Shown: piece by piece, positions 14,885 to 23,233 of the stretch
Layout: each line of letters opens with the position of its first letter
Numbering within the stretch: the first letter of the stretch is position 1
Source: Actinomycetes bacterium
GTDB taxonomy: Bacteria; Actinomycetota; Actinomycetes; JAHEKZ01
Direction: 5' to 3'
NCBI GenBank assembly: GCA_031364455.1
Contig: JANLWJ010000542.1
Location: 1 to 30,062, forward strand
DNA length: 30,062 nucleotides
The notes under the pieces: generated by a model
The model's input: only the letters and a program-made list of their open reading frames with translations
Told to the model about the DNA's origin: nothing
Database searches by the model: none
Translations under genes and position numbers: made by a program

Positions 14885-16669
14885 CTAGTCGGCGCTGCAC
14901 GTCCTGGTGTCGGCATCCCGGGTGATGGGCTTGACCAGGGGCGTCACGAAAGTGGTGATCTCCCCTTCGGTGGGCGGTTCGGCCACCTCGAAGACCAGCG
15001 TCGTCGACTCGCCCGCCCCCAGCTCGATTCCAGACTGGAAGACGGCGTGCCCCTGCTCCCTTCCCTGGGCAACGTCCAACAACTCGCCGTCCCGTATCGC
15101 GCTGACCAGGGACGATCCTGCGGTGGCGTACACCTGAGAGTAGAAGAAGCTGTCGCCGTTCCCGTTCTGCAACTGCCCGTCCGGTCTCGGTGGCAGGTCT
15201 GCCCTGGCGGCGACGTAGAGCGGCAGGCTGTCATCGCCGGGGGCGCTGTTCTGGTAGGTCACCGTGATCTGCCCGCGCCGCCCGCCGTCCGCCGTGCACC
15301 CGATCAGCTCGTAGGTCAGTGACTGGTAGAGGTAGTAGTCGAGCTTGTTGCCGCCCCCGTTGATTGTGGCCAGCCCGGCGAAGGGCGCCGCGTCCCCCGG
15401 CAGTGCCCCGCCCACCGAGGACGCCGCCAGCTGCTTCTGCTCATTCACCTGATCGGAGTACACCAGCAGCCGGCGCTCCCCGGCCGCCTTGCCCAGGGCG
15501 TCGATCAGCGCCTTCGGGTCTGCCTCCCCCGAAAAGACGGCGTCCAGCGAAGCCTGAGCCACCGTCTGCAGGTACGCGTCCCGCTCGGCGTCATCGTCGA
15601 TCAGGAAGTAGATCTCGTTCTCGGTGAACGAGACGACGTTCTCGGACGAGATCACCCGCCCGTCCGGCAGCGTTACCGGCCCAGTGGCCTCCAGCAGGTA
15701 CGACAGCGTGACCGGGTCTGTGGTGACCACGCCGTCGAGGCGCTCACCGGTGCGGTCCTGCCACATCTTCAGCCACAGCTGGGCGGCATAGGGGTAGTGC
15801 GGCGACATGTTGGCGCCGGCCCACGTGGCCGGGTCGTCGCCGTAGAGGGCGTAGTAGTCGGGGCCGAAGTCGAGCGGCAGCTCGTCGTACTGCTGATCGT
15901 CGAGCGTCGAGCGCGGCGCCAGCTGCCGCACGTCGACGCGTCCGTCATCGGCGGTGATGACGCCGAACGAGCCGAAGAAGCCACCAGTTCCGCGCGCCTC
16001 GTTGTTCGACTGCAGCGCCAGGAAGTAGCTGCGCCGACCGTCGGCGCCCATCATCGGCGGGATCAGCTTCGCGCCGCGGACCGCAGACTGCGTCTCGGCC
16101 AGCGCGTCGTCCAGCTCGGTCTGCAGACCGCTTACGGCGTCCTGCACCTTCGCAGGCGTGCCGTCGGTCTCGATGCCGGCGACGTCGGCGGTGATCGCTC
16201 CCAGGGACGCCTCCGCCGACTCAAGGGCCGGAGCCGCCTGCTCGAACGCGTCGAGGTTGAGCTGATCGCCCGCGGCGCGCAGCGAGTCGGGAGTGAGCGC
16301 GGTTCCGGCCGCGACGAGATCGGGCAAGGCGTCCTGCGCGAGCGCGTCGGCGGCATCGGCAACTTCGCTGACCGCCGCCGGCGTTGCCCCGATCACCGGG
16401 ATGGCCGACGCGATGGTGAAGACCAGGTCGCTGGTGGCGTCGGCCGCGCGGGAGGTATCGCCCTGGACAACGGCCAGGTGCTGGGCGGCGTCGTCGGTGC
16501 GGCCGTCCGCGAGGTCTTCGCGCACCAGCGTGACGCCGGCGCGGGCACTGGTGAGCGCATCAGCGGCCTGCTGCCCCTTGACGTAGATCCAGACTGCACC
16601 GACCACGAGCACGGCAACCATGACCACCAAGAGGAGCAGAAGTCGGGAGCGGCGCGTCACACGTCCCAT
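14885..16669 (-). CDS. DUF4012 domain membrane-anchored protein
   Basis: Start ATG 16669. N-terminal TM helix, long amphipathic helices, LQSNNEARGTGG, ANMSPHYP, DGVVTTDPVTLSYLLEATGPV, NKLDYY. Confidence 0.88.
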   Translation of the reverse strand: MGRVTRRSRLLLLLVVMVAVLVVGAVWIYVKGQQAADALTSARAGVTLVREDLADGRTDDAAQHLAVVQGDTSRAADATSDLVFTIASAIPVIGATPAAVSEVADAADALAQDALPDLVAAGTALTPDSLRAAGDQLNLDAFEQAAPALESAEASLGAITADVAGIETDGTPAKVQDAVSGLQTELDDALAETQSAVRGAKLIPPMMGADGRRSYFLALQSNNEARGTGGFFGSFGVITADDGRVDVRQLAPRSTLDDQQYDELPLDFGPDYYALYGDDPATWAGANMSPHYPYAAQLWLKMWQDRTGERLDGVVTTDPVTLSYLLEATGPVTLPDGRVISSENVVSFTENEIYFLIDDDAERDAYLQTVAQASLDAVFSGEADPKALIDALGKAAGERRLLVYSDQVNEQKQLAASSVGGALPGDAAPFAGLATINGGGNKLDYYLYQSLTYELIGCTADGGRRGQITVTYQNSAPGDDSLPLYVAARADLPPRPDGQLQNGNGDSFFYSQVYATAGSSLVSAIRDGELLDVAQGREQGHAVFQSGIELGAGESTTLVFEVAEPPTEGEITTFVTPLVKPITRDADTRTCSAD

Positions 16670-16729
16670 CGTCGCATCCGACGAACGGCGCACGGTGCAC
16701 CCCCGCAGCAACACCCAGCCAGCCGCTGT

Positions 16730-16776
16730 GTTGGGAATCTAGGGGGGACTAGGGGCCCCCTAGATTCCGATCACGG
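16730..16776. repeat. Palindrome copy B (13-bp perfect arms, 9-nt centre)
   Basis: GGAATCTAGGGGG-gactagggg-CCCCCTAGATTCC-gatcacgg between divergent genes. Aligns without gaps to 8875-8921. Confidence 0.85.
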
Positions 16777-16883
16777 GCCTGGCGCGGCGTGCTGGGCTCC
16801 GCTCAGTTGTGCCAACGCCCGGCCGCGGTGCCCCCTGAGGGGCTACCGTCAAACCCGGCTCAGGGCCGAGCAGGGGGTACACG

Positions 16884-17960
16884 ATGGCGAGCACGACGAC
16901 GAAGCGTGCAATGACGGCTGCCGTCGCAGTGGGTCTGGCCGCCAGCGGTGTCCTCGGTGGCGGTGTGGCCGACGCCGCCGGCGGCACCACCTGCACGCCG
17001 ACCACCCGCACTCTGAACACGCTGACGTACTCCACTCCCCAGGCCCTGAGCCCTCGCGGGCACGTGGTCGCCGACGAGGCGAGCCAGGGGGCCAGTGACG
17101 GTCTGTGGCTCCATCGCCCCGACGGCACCAAGACGGCAATCGCGTTCGACGACGGAACGAGGCCGACGACTGCAACCGACGTGAGCGCCCGTGGAGCGAC
17201 CGTCGGATCCGCTGTCCGCTACCCCACCCTCGGCGCCCTTCGTGGCTGGATCAGCACCGGGGGCTCGGCAACCTGGTTGCCAGAACGCACCAGCGCTAAC
17301 TCGTTCGTGGCGCAGAGCGTCAACGGCTCCGGAACAGTCGTGGGAGTCGACAGCAACATCACCACCAGCCTCCCGGGCGAGACCGACTTCTTTGCCGACC
17401 CGATCGTCTGGGCGACGAGCGCGAGCTTGCCGCAGAGTCTCCCGGTGCCAACCGGCTTCCACGCCGTCGCGTTCGACCGCGGCGAGCCCTTGATCAGCAT
17501 CCGCGCTGACGGGCTCGTGTCTGCTGTCTTAGTTGACCAGACCAACGGCACCTACCTCGCCCGCTGGGCGACCGCGACGAGCACGCCCACCCTGGTTGCG
17601 ATCCCCCACGGGCTTGCGCCGACCAGCGTTGCCGGTCGTTGGGTGGTGGGACGCGTCGGCAGCGACATGTTTGTCTTCTCGCCCCAGGCAGCCGTGCGCT
17701 TGCACGCAGCCAACGCGATCACCGGGATGCACGTCAGTGCCAACGGGACGTACTCGGCGCTACTCGGACCTGGATCGATCTTCGGTCGCGGTCTCGGAGC
17801 GCCTCTAGATGGCATCCAGCTCTATGCCTCCGTTGATGTTGCGGGGGCGAACAACGGGTCTGCAGTCCTCGACACTGCAACGGGTGTCTCGGTGCTGACC
17901 TGCGCCTTGGGGTTGTCCGAGACCTCCTACGTGGACGTCACCCCGATCACGCTCAGCTAG
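16884..17960 (+). CDS. Secreted Thr/Ser-rich protein, probable HAF-repeat-like beta-propeller
   Basis: Signal peptide ending VADA. Repeated blade-like motifs ATDVSARGATVG, AQSVNGSGTVVG, ISIRADGLV, MHVSANG. Confidence 0.65.
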   Translation: MASTTTKRAMTAAVAVGLAASGVLGGGVADAAGGTTCTPTTRTLNTLTYSTPQALSPRGHVVADEASQGASDGLWLHRPDGTKTAIAFDDGTRPTTATDVSARGATVGSAVRYPTLGALRGWISTGGSATWLPERTSANSFVAQSVNGSGTVVGVDSNITTSLPGETDFFADPIVWATSASLPQSLPVPTGFHAVAFDRGEPLISIRADGLVSAVLVDQTNGTYLARWATATSTPTLVAIPHGLAPTSVAGRWVVGRVGSDMFVFSPQAAVRLHAANAITGMHVSANGTYSALLGPGSIFGRGLGAPLDGIQLYASVDVAGANNGSAVLDTATGVSVLTCALGLSETSYVDVTPITLS

Positions 17961-17973
17961 ACCCGCCTGCGCG

Positions 17974-18888
17974 TCACTGGCGTTGCGGCAGCACCGTCTC
18001 GACGGTGACCGGCAGCGCGTCGCCTGCGACCACCGCTGCGTCGTCCGGCACTTGGCGCTTCAGCAGCCCCAGGGCCACCGGCCCTAGTTCGTAGTGCTGC
18101 ACCACGGTGCCGACGAACCCGACCGTCCGGCTGTCCAGCGCCAGCGCATCTCCGCGCTCGGGTAGCCGGTCGTCGCTGCCGTCGAGGTGCAGGCGCACCA
18201 GGCGCCGTGGCGGCTTCCCGAGGTTGTGCACCCGCGCAACGGTTTCCTGACCGCGGTAGCAGCCCTTCTCCAGATGCACTGCGGCACCGATCCAGTTCAC
18301 CTCTGGCGGGATTGTGCGGTGGTCGGTGTCGAAGCCGAGCCTCGGGCGTCCGGCTGCAACGCGCAGCGCCTCGTACGCCCACGTCCCCGCGGCCGGTCCC
18401 TCCATCGCGGCAACGTCGTCGCGCTCGACGAACGTGAACGCGTCGTCGCCGTCCATGCCGCCAGCGCCAGGACGCCACACGACACCGAGGTCATCGCGCA
18501 GACGCAGCTCGACCTTGCTCCAGAAGACCATCTTGGCCAGGTACTCCATCAGCGCGTCAGCGGTCCCCGGCTCGATGTGCGCAAGCACCCGCTCGCCGTC
18601 GTCGACGAGGTCGAGGTGGTGCTCGACGCGACCGTTCGCGTCGAGGATCAGCGCCTGCGTCCACTCACCGGACGGCAGCGCCGACATGTGCTGCGACGTC
18701 AGGGTGTGCAGCCACGAGAGACGATCCTCGCCGGCAACCTCGATCACCGGCCGGTGCGACAGGTCGACGAACCCTTCGCCGCGGTCGAGCAGCCGCTGCT
18801 CGCCGAGCGGGTCGCCGTGGTGCCAGGGGACGCCGGCGTCCGGCGCTCCCTCAGGTGGCGCTACCGCGGTCTGGGTCTGGGACACCAT
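17974..18888 (-). CDS. ygfZ: YgfZ/GcvT-like folate-binding Fe-S cluster repair protein
   Basis: DRLSWLH, signature KGCYRGQETVARV, GKPPRRLV. ATG overlaps the upstream stop (TGATG). Confidence 0.93.
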   Translation of the reverse strand: MVSQTQTAVAPPEGAPDAGVPWHHGDPLGEQRLLDRGEGFVDLSHRPVIEVAGEDRLSWLHTLTSQHMSALPSGEWTQALILDANGRVEHHLDLVDDGERVLAHIEPGTADALMEYLAKMVFWSKVELRLRDDLGVVWRPGAGGMDGDDAFTFVERDDVAAMEGPAAGTWAYEALRVAAGRPRLGFDTDHRTIPPEVNWIGAAVHLEKGCYRGQETVARVHNLGKPPRRLVRLHLDGSDDRLPERGDALALDSRTVGFVGTVVQHYELGPVALGLLKRQVPDDAAVVAGDALPVTVETVLPQRQ

Positions 18889-19346
18889 CACTCCTGCTCA
18901 TCGAGGGCGGACGCTCGGGTGGCACCCGCAGCGGCAACGCAGCCAGCACACCGACCGTGCATCGCCACGTGCGCCACATTCACCTCGAACCCATTAAGGT
19001 CGCGCAAACTTCCCATCAGCGGTTCGACGGCCTCGGTCGGCACCGCCAGGATGTCGCCGCAGTCGGTGCAGACCAGGTGGACGTGGTCGCTCTCGTCGGC
19101 CGGATGGTACGTCGGAGCACCGTGTCCGAGGTGGGTGTGCGTGACGAGGCTGAGCTCCTCGAGGAGGTCGAGCGTCCGGTAGACCGTCGACAGGTTCACC
19201 GACGGCGCCGTCGCCTGAACAGCGCCAGCGATCTCGTCCGGCGTGCCGTGTCCGAGCCGGCGCACGGCGTCCAGCACCAGCTGCCGTTGCGGCGTCAGAC
19301 GGTAGCCGCGCGAACGCAGCTCGGTCTGCCAGTCGTCGGCGGTCAC
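18888..19346 (-). CDS. nur: Fur-family regulator, Nur (nickel uptake regulator)-like
   Basis: Start GTG 19346 (GTGA overlap). DWQTELRSRGYRLTPQRQLVL and HTHLGHGAPTYH closely follow Streptomyces Nur as recalled. His33/70/72/88/90/126 and both CxxC are present. Confidence 0.85.
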   Translation of the reverse strand: MTADDWQTELRSRGYRLTPQRQLVLDAVRRLGHGTPDEIAGAVQATAPSVNLSTVYRTLDLLEELSLVTHTHLGHGAPTYHPADESDHVHLVCTDCGDILAVPTEAVEPLMGSLRDLNGFEVNVAHVAMHGRCAGCVAAAGATRASALDEQE

Positions 19347-19846
19347 ACCGCGAGCTCCGTGCGCGCTAACCGGGCCGACAGGTGCGGCTGCAGCGGCTTG
19401 CCCATCGCCGCCATGTCGAACGCCCACATCAGGTCGCCCTCGACCAGGCCATAGAGGCGGTGGCCGGCGGTGTACTCCTTCGCCGTGGACGTCCGCGCAA
19501 CGAGGTCGGTGTGGATCTCGATCCGCGGGCCATCGACCGTGCCCTCCCAGATCTCGGAGAACCCGGTGGGGTGTGCCAGCAACATCTCAAGGCGCCCCTC
19601 GGGCTGCGGGCGCCAGAACCCGGTCTCGGTGGCGAGCGGCCGGACGCGAATGCCGTCGGCGTCCAGCAGCCAGCTGCGTGAGCGGTAGCTGAGGAACGGT
19701 TTGCCGTTCTGCTCGAAGCTGACCTCCTGCGCGAAACGGAAGTCGTCGATCGTGGGGTAGCCGCCGACGCCGTCGCCCGCCCAGGTGCCGAGCAGCCAGG
19801 CGACCGGCGCACACGCCGGCGCTAGGTCGGCCGGGATCTCGAACAC
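19343..19846 (-). CDS. Nitrobindin / bacterial FABP-like beta-barrel (DUF1794, Rv0813c-like)
   Basis: WLLGTWAGDG.GGYPT, GKPFLSY, ETGFWR, LLAHPTG and PHLSARL with the heme-ligand His. Confidence 0.92.
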   Translation of the reverse strand: MFEIPADLAPACAPVAWLLGTWAGDGVGGYPTIDDFRFAQEVSFEQNGKPFLSYRSRSWLLDADGIRVRPLATETGFWRPQPEGRLEMLLAHPTGFSEIWEGTVDGPRIEIHTDLVARTSTAKEYTAGHRLYGLVEGDLMWAFDMAAMGKPLQPHLSARLARTELAV

Positions 19847-19854
19847 TGTCGGGC

Positions 19855-19956
19855 CTAGCCCTGGCCCTTGTACAGCTTGTAGACGACGTAGAACGAGAAC
19901 CAGGCGATCAGGATCGACACGGCGACGAGCAGGCCGGTATACGCGACTTCGAGCAT
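19855..19956 (-). CDS. 33-aa single-helix membrane protein (below the ORF-track cut-off)
   Basis: ATG 19956 to TAG 19855: MLEVAYTGLLVAVSILIAWFSFYVVYKLYKGQG. Almost all codons end in G/C. TAGGAT lies 6 nt upstream. Confidence 0.8.
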   Translation of the reverse strand: MLEVAYTGLLVAVSILIAWFSFYVVYKLYKGQG

Positions 19957-20024
19957 GGGACCATCCTACGGTGCGCAGCCGGATGCCGGCTCAACGAGGA
20001 CACCCAGGACGGAGTGGTGACACC

Positions 20025-20603
20025 GTGAGCGAGCAGTTTGACCACGAGATCGAGGAGATCGTCGGGGTCGATGCCCGCGAGGGTGACGTCGACGGCGACT
20101 CCGACGTCGACCATGCCGCCCTGCGCGACGCCGAGCACCAGGCGCACAAGATCGCCGGCGCCATCTACGGAACGATCCTGGCGACGACCGTCGTGGCGGC
20201 CATCGGGCCGGACCCGGAGAAGCTGAGCCGCGCGCTAGCCGTCGTCCTCGTGACGTCCGCGGTCTTCTACGCGGCCCACGTGTACTCGGTGGTGGTCGGT
20301 GCCCGCATGGTGGCGCGCCGCCACCTGACCGGCCCCGAGGTCGCAGCCATCGCCGCGGCCGAGTGGCCGATGCTGCAGTCTTCTTTGCCGGTGGCGGCGC
20401 CGTTGCTGCTCGGCAAGCTCGGCTGGATCCCGGAGGAGGCGGCCACCGACGTCGCCATGGCGGTCGGGATCGGAGCGCTCTTCGTCTACGGAGTGCTGAT
20501 CGGCGTCCGCGAGGGTCGCGGCGCGATGAGCGTGGTCCTCAACGCGCTGGTCGTCGGCTCGTTCGGCCTGCTGATCTTGGCGCTGAAGGTCCTCGTCCAC
20601 TGA
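20025..20603 (+). CDS. Integral membrane protein of unknown function
   Basis: Start moved to GTG 20025 (GGAG upstream). Acidic N-terminus, then about five TM helices (AIYGTILAT.., AAHVYS, EWPML). Confidence 0.8.
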   Translation: MSEQFDHEIEEIVGVDAREGDVDGDSDVDHAALRDAEHQAHKIAGAIYGTILATTVVAAIGPDPEKLSRALAVVLVTSAVFYAAHVYSVVVGARMVARRHLTGPEVAAIAAAEWPMLQSSLPVAAPLLLGKLGWIPEEAATDVAMAVGIGALFVYGVLIGVREGRGAMSVVLNALVVGSFGLLILALKVLVH

Positions 20604-20626
20604 CCCGCGGGCGCGCCGACTGTGAC

Positions 20627-21394
20627 CTAGCTGCGGCGCTGCTTCGCGTGCCGCAGCAGCACCTCGGCAACCTTGTTGCGGTACTCCGGCGTCGTCGACG
20701 GCGGCAGCTCCACCGTGACCGCGGTCTTCACCGGGTACTCGGCGTTGTACCAGGACGTCATCGTCCCGCCACCAGAAACCTGGATGTGTGCGACCGGCAG
20801 GTTGAGGGCGTCCGACAGCCACTGCGTCACCGCTTTGCTGCCACCGGAGAAGTCGACCGACGACAGGGGTTGGTGGATCGACACAATCGTGCGTGGCGCG
20901 TTCTTGGAGAAGAAGCGCACGATGGCGCGGGTCTCCGGCTCGGACGCCGGACGCGGCCCCGACCAGTAGCGCGTGCCCTTGCCCTGATTCACCCACGTCT
21001 TGCTGGGGAAGTTGCGGTTGAGGTCGACGCCGCGTGCATTGACGCGGGTACCGCGGATGCTGCCGTCGGGGTTCATCGTCGGGATCACCCACAGTGCGAC
21101 GTCCTTGACTGGGTCCTTGTTCAGCAGCCGGTCGCGGGTGACCAGGCGTCCCGCCGGTTCGTCCCCGTGCATCTGCCCGAGCACCAGGTAGACGTTCTTG
21201 GCGTCGGGGTCGCCGAGGCAGTAGGCCTTGATGGGGCGCCCCTTGGTCGACTCGCCGATGACCTTCTTGGTCAGGCCGGCTGCGGCATCGGCGCTCCCCG
21301 GGAGCAGCAGTCCGCCAAAGAGGCCGGCGGACGCGGCGGCGGCGCCGGTGAGGCCTGCGCGCGCGAGGAAGGTTCGGCGGTCGATCGGTTCCAT
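20627..21394 (-). CDS. Tat-exported M14 zinc carboxypeptidase, murein-peptide amidase MpaA-like
   Basis: DRRTFL Tat motif from ATG 21394. HGDE, NPDG, RVNARGVDLNRNF, SEPE, SIH, VEL. Confidence 0.88.
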   Translation of the reverse strand: MEPIDRRTFLARAGLTGAAAASAGLFGGLLLPGSADAAAGLTKKVIGESTKGRPIKAYCLGDPDAKNVYLVLGQMHGDEPAGRLVTRDRLLNKDPVKDVALWVIPTMNPDGSIRGTRVNARGVDLNRNFPSKTWVNQGKGTRYWSGPRPASEPETRAIVRFFSKNAPRTIVSIHQPLSSVDFSGGSKAVTQWLSDALNLPVAHIQVSGGGTMTSWYNAEYPVKTAVTVELPPSTTPEYRNKVAEVLLRHAKQRRS

Positions 21395-21536
21395 GGGATC
21401 CAGTATCGGCACGAGTGGGCCGAAACTGTCGCGGCGACCTGAAGACGGTGCCGGGTCGAGGCCGGATGTCGGAGTTCGCCGGACACTGCGAGACCACCGG
21501 AGTAGCGTCCCGAGATCAGCCCTTCAGGGAGAACCC

Positions 21537-22238
21537 ATGCGCCTACTCCGCCCCCTCGCCGCCGGCACTGCGCTCGTCGCAGCGCTCGTCGCAGCGCTCG
21601 CCGCAGGAACGATCCCGGCGCAGGCGAGCCACCTGCCGGAGTCCAACGCAGTGTCGCTGGAGATCCTCGCCGACTACTACCCCGGCTACTGGTGGGACCA
21701 CACCGACATCACCGTCGCCGCCCAGGCGGCCCCCAACGTCCGGCGTCCGCACGTTGCCGCCGTCGCAGATGCCATCGACACGTGGGACTCGGTGCTGCGC
21801 GAGGAGTTCGACGATCTGATCACCCTGACCGACGTCACCGACACTGTCCGCAACCCGCAGCGGGCCGACATCGTCCTGCACTACGTGCCCAAGGCCGGCG
21901 GCGTCGCCTTCGGCGGCTACGCCATCTGCGGCGAGCACCGCTGCCCCAACATCTTGGTGCGCTCTGACTTCAACGTCGGGCAAGGACGTGAGCCCTACAC
22001 CCCGGAGTACCTCGGGCAGGTCACGATGCACGAGATGGGCCACGCCCTCGGACTCGGGCACGCCACCAACCTGCTCGAGAGCACCGACCTGATGGGCTAC
22101 GGCTGGCCCGACCTCGGTGAGCCGGTGCTCTCCGACTGCGACCTCGACGCGCTGCGCTACATCTTCGGGTGGGCGTTCGATGGCAATGACCCGTACCCGC
22201 CACCGGAGAACGGCCCGTACGACTGCTCCCTGGACTGA
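21537..22238 (+). CDS. Secreted metzincin (matrixin/M10-like) zinc peptidase
   Basis: Start moved to ATG 21537 (GGGAG upstream). Signal peptide ending PAQA, HEMGHALGLGH and Met-turn DLM. Confidence 0.88.
   Translation: MRLLRPLAAGTALVAALVAALAAGTIPAQASHLPESNAVSLEILADYYPGYWWDHTDITVAAQAAPNVRRPHVAAVADAIDTWDSVLREEFDDLITLTDVTDTVRNPQRADIVLHYVPKAGGVAFGGYAICGEHRCPNILVRSDFNVGQGREPYTPEYLGQVTMHEMGHALGLGHATNLLESTDLMGYGWPDLGEPVLSDCDLDALRYIFGWAFDGNDPYPPPENGPYDCSLD
21570..21605 (+). repeat. 12-bp in-frame tandem repeat x3 in the peptidase signal peptide
   Basis: GCGCTCGTCGCA x2 plus GCGCTCGCCGCA, encoding ALVA ALVA ALAA. Confidence 0.7.
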
Positions 22239-22290
22239 ACCCGCGTCCCGTCAGCGACTCCGCCCGGGGTCGGACGCTGCCACCTGCGAT

Positions 22291-22366
22291 CGCAGGGAAT
22301 CCACCACTGGCGGATTTCCTGCGATCCAGAGCCCTGCAGAGCCCGAAAACCGCAGGGAATCCGCCA
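22291..22366. repeat. BIME/REP-like element copy 1 (three 16-bp arms, forward-reverse-forward)
   Basis: CGCAGGGAATCCACCA-c-TGGCGGATTTCCTGCG-N27-CGCAGGGAATCCGCCA. Confidence 0.9.
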
Positions 22367-22413
22367 CAAGGGCGCGTCGCGAGCGAACGAGCGCCCTGAG
22401 GTGACCTGACACC

Positions 22414-23031
22414 ATGAACCCCATGCACTCCTCGGACGCCGAACCGGCCAGCCGCGGCCGGGTGAGCGCGCCGACCACCCCGGTGCGGGCCTTCGGCCGC
22501 GTGGCAACTGAGTGCGCCCTCGGTGGCATGTTCTTCGGCGGCCTCTTCGGCGCAGCTGTTGGCGTCGTGTTTGCGGTCGTGGCCGGCATCGACCTGGGTG
22601 CTGAGGGACTCGGGGCCACCGCCGCCCTCATGGTCGCCGGCGCCCCGTCCATGGCGCTGATCGGGTGCGTGGTCGGCATCGTGCTCGGTCTCGGCTACGG
22701 AATCGCGGTCGGCGTCGGGACGGGTGCCGCGATGGCTGCCGTCGCAGGCAACCGGCGCGCTCACTTGCCGGTCGGACCCCTTCGCCTCGTGGCCGCGCTC
22801 GCCGCGGCGCTGAGCGCGTTGATCGGCGTCACGTCCGTCATGCTCCTCAACGGCGGTGGCCGGGCCTCACTCGCCGACGAGCTCCCGCTCGTCTTGACCG
22901 TCCTGGTGGTGTTCGTCCTGGCCCCGGCGCAATCGCGGCGGGGTTCGCCGCGTGGCGGTCCTCGGGGTGGATACCGCCCGTCGAGGACGCCGCCGCACCC
23001 CAGCGGCGCTGACCGCCCACGGTCGCGGTGA
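22414..23031 (+). CDS. Gly/Ala-rich multi-pass membrane protein, function unknown
   Basis: ATG 22414 with GAGG upstream. Four or more hydrophobic segments with GxxxG runs. Lies between repeat copies 1 and 2. Confidence 0.65.
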   Translation: MNPMHSSDAEPASRGRVSAPTTPVRAFGRVATECALGGMFFGGLFGAAVGVVFAVVAGIDLGAEGLGATAALMVAGAPSMALIGCVVGIVLGLGYGIAVGVGTGAAMAAVAGNRRAHLPVGPLRLVAALAAALSALIGVTSVMLLNGGGRASLADELPLVLTVLVVFVLAPAQSRRGSPRGGPRGGYRPSRTPPHPSGADRPRSR

Positions 23032-23064
23032 TCCCGACCGCCCACAGATCGGTCAGCGTCCCTT

Positions 23065-23139
23065 CGCAGGAATCCACCACTGGCGGATTTCCTGCGTTCC
23101 AGAGCCGGACAGAGGCCGAAGACCGCACGGAATCCGCCA
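23065..23139. repeat. BIME/REP-like element copy 2
   Basis: CGCAGGAATCCACCA-c-TGGCGGATTTCCTGCG-N27-CGCACGGAATCCGCCA. Spacer is 21/27 identical to that of copy 1. Confidence 0.9.
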
Positions 23140-23233
23140 GTCGACAATTGTCCACACCGTCGGTGGACGCGGTGCGTCCCCAGATCGGTTGCCGCGTGCC
23201 CGCAACCCCGCCGGCCGTGGCGACGCTTCGTCC

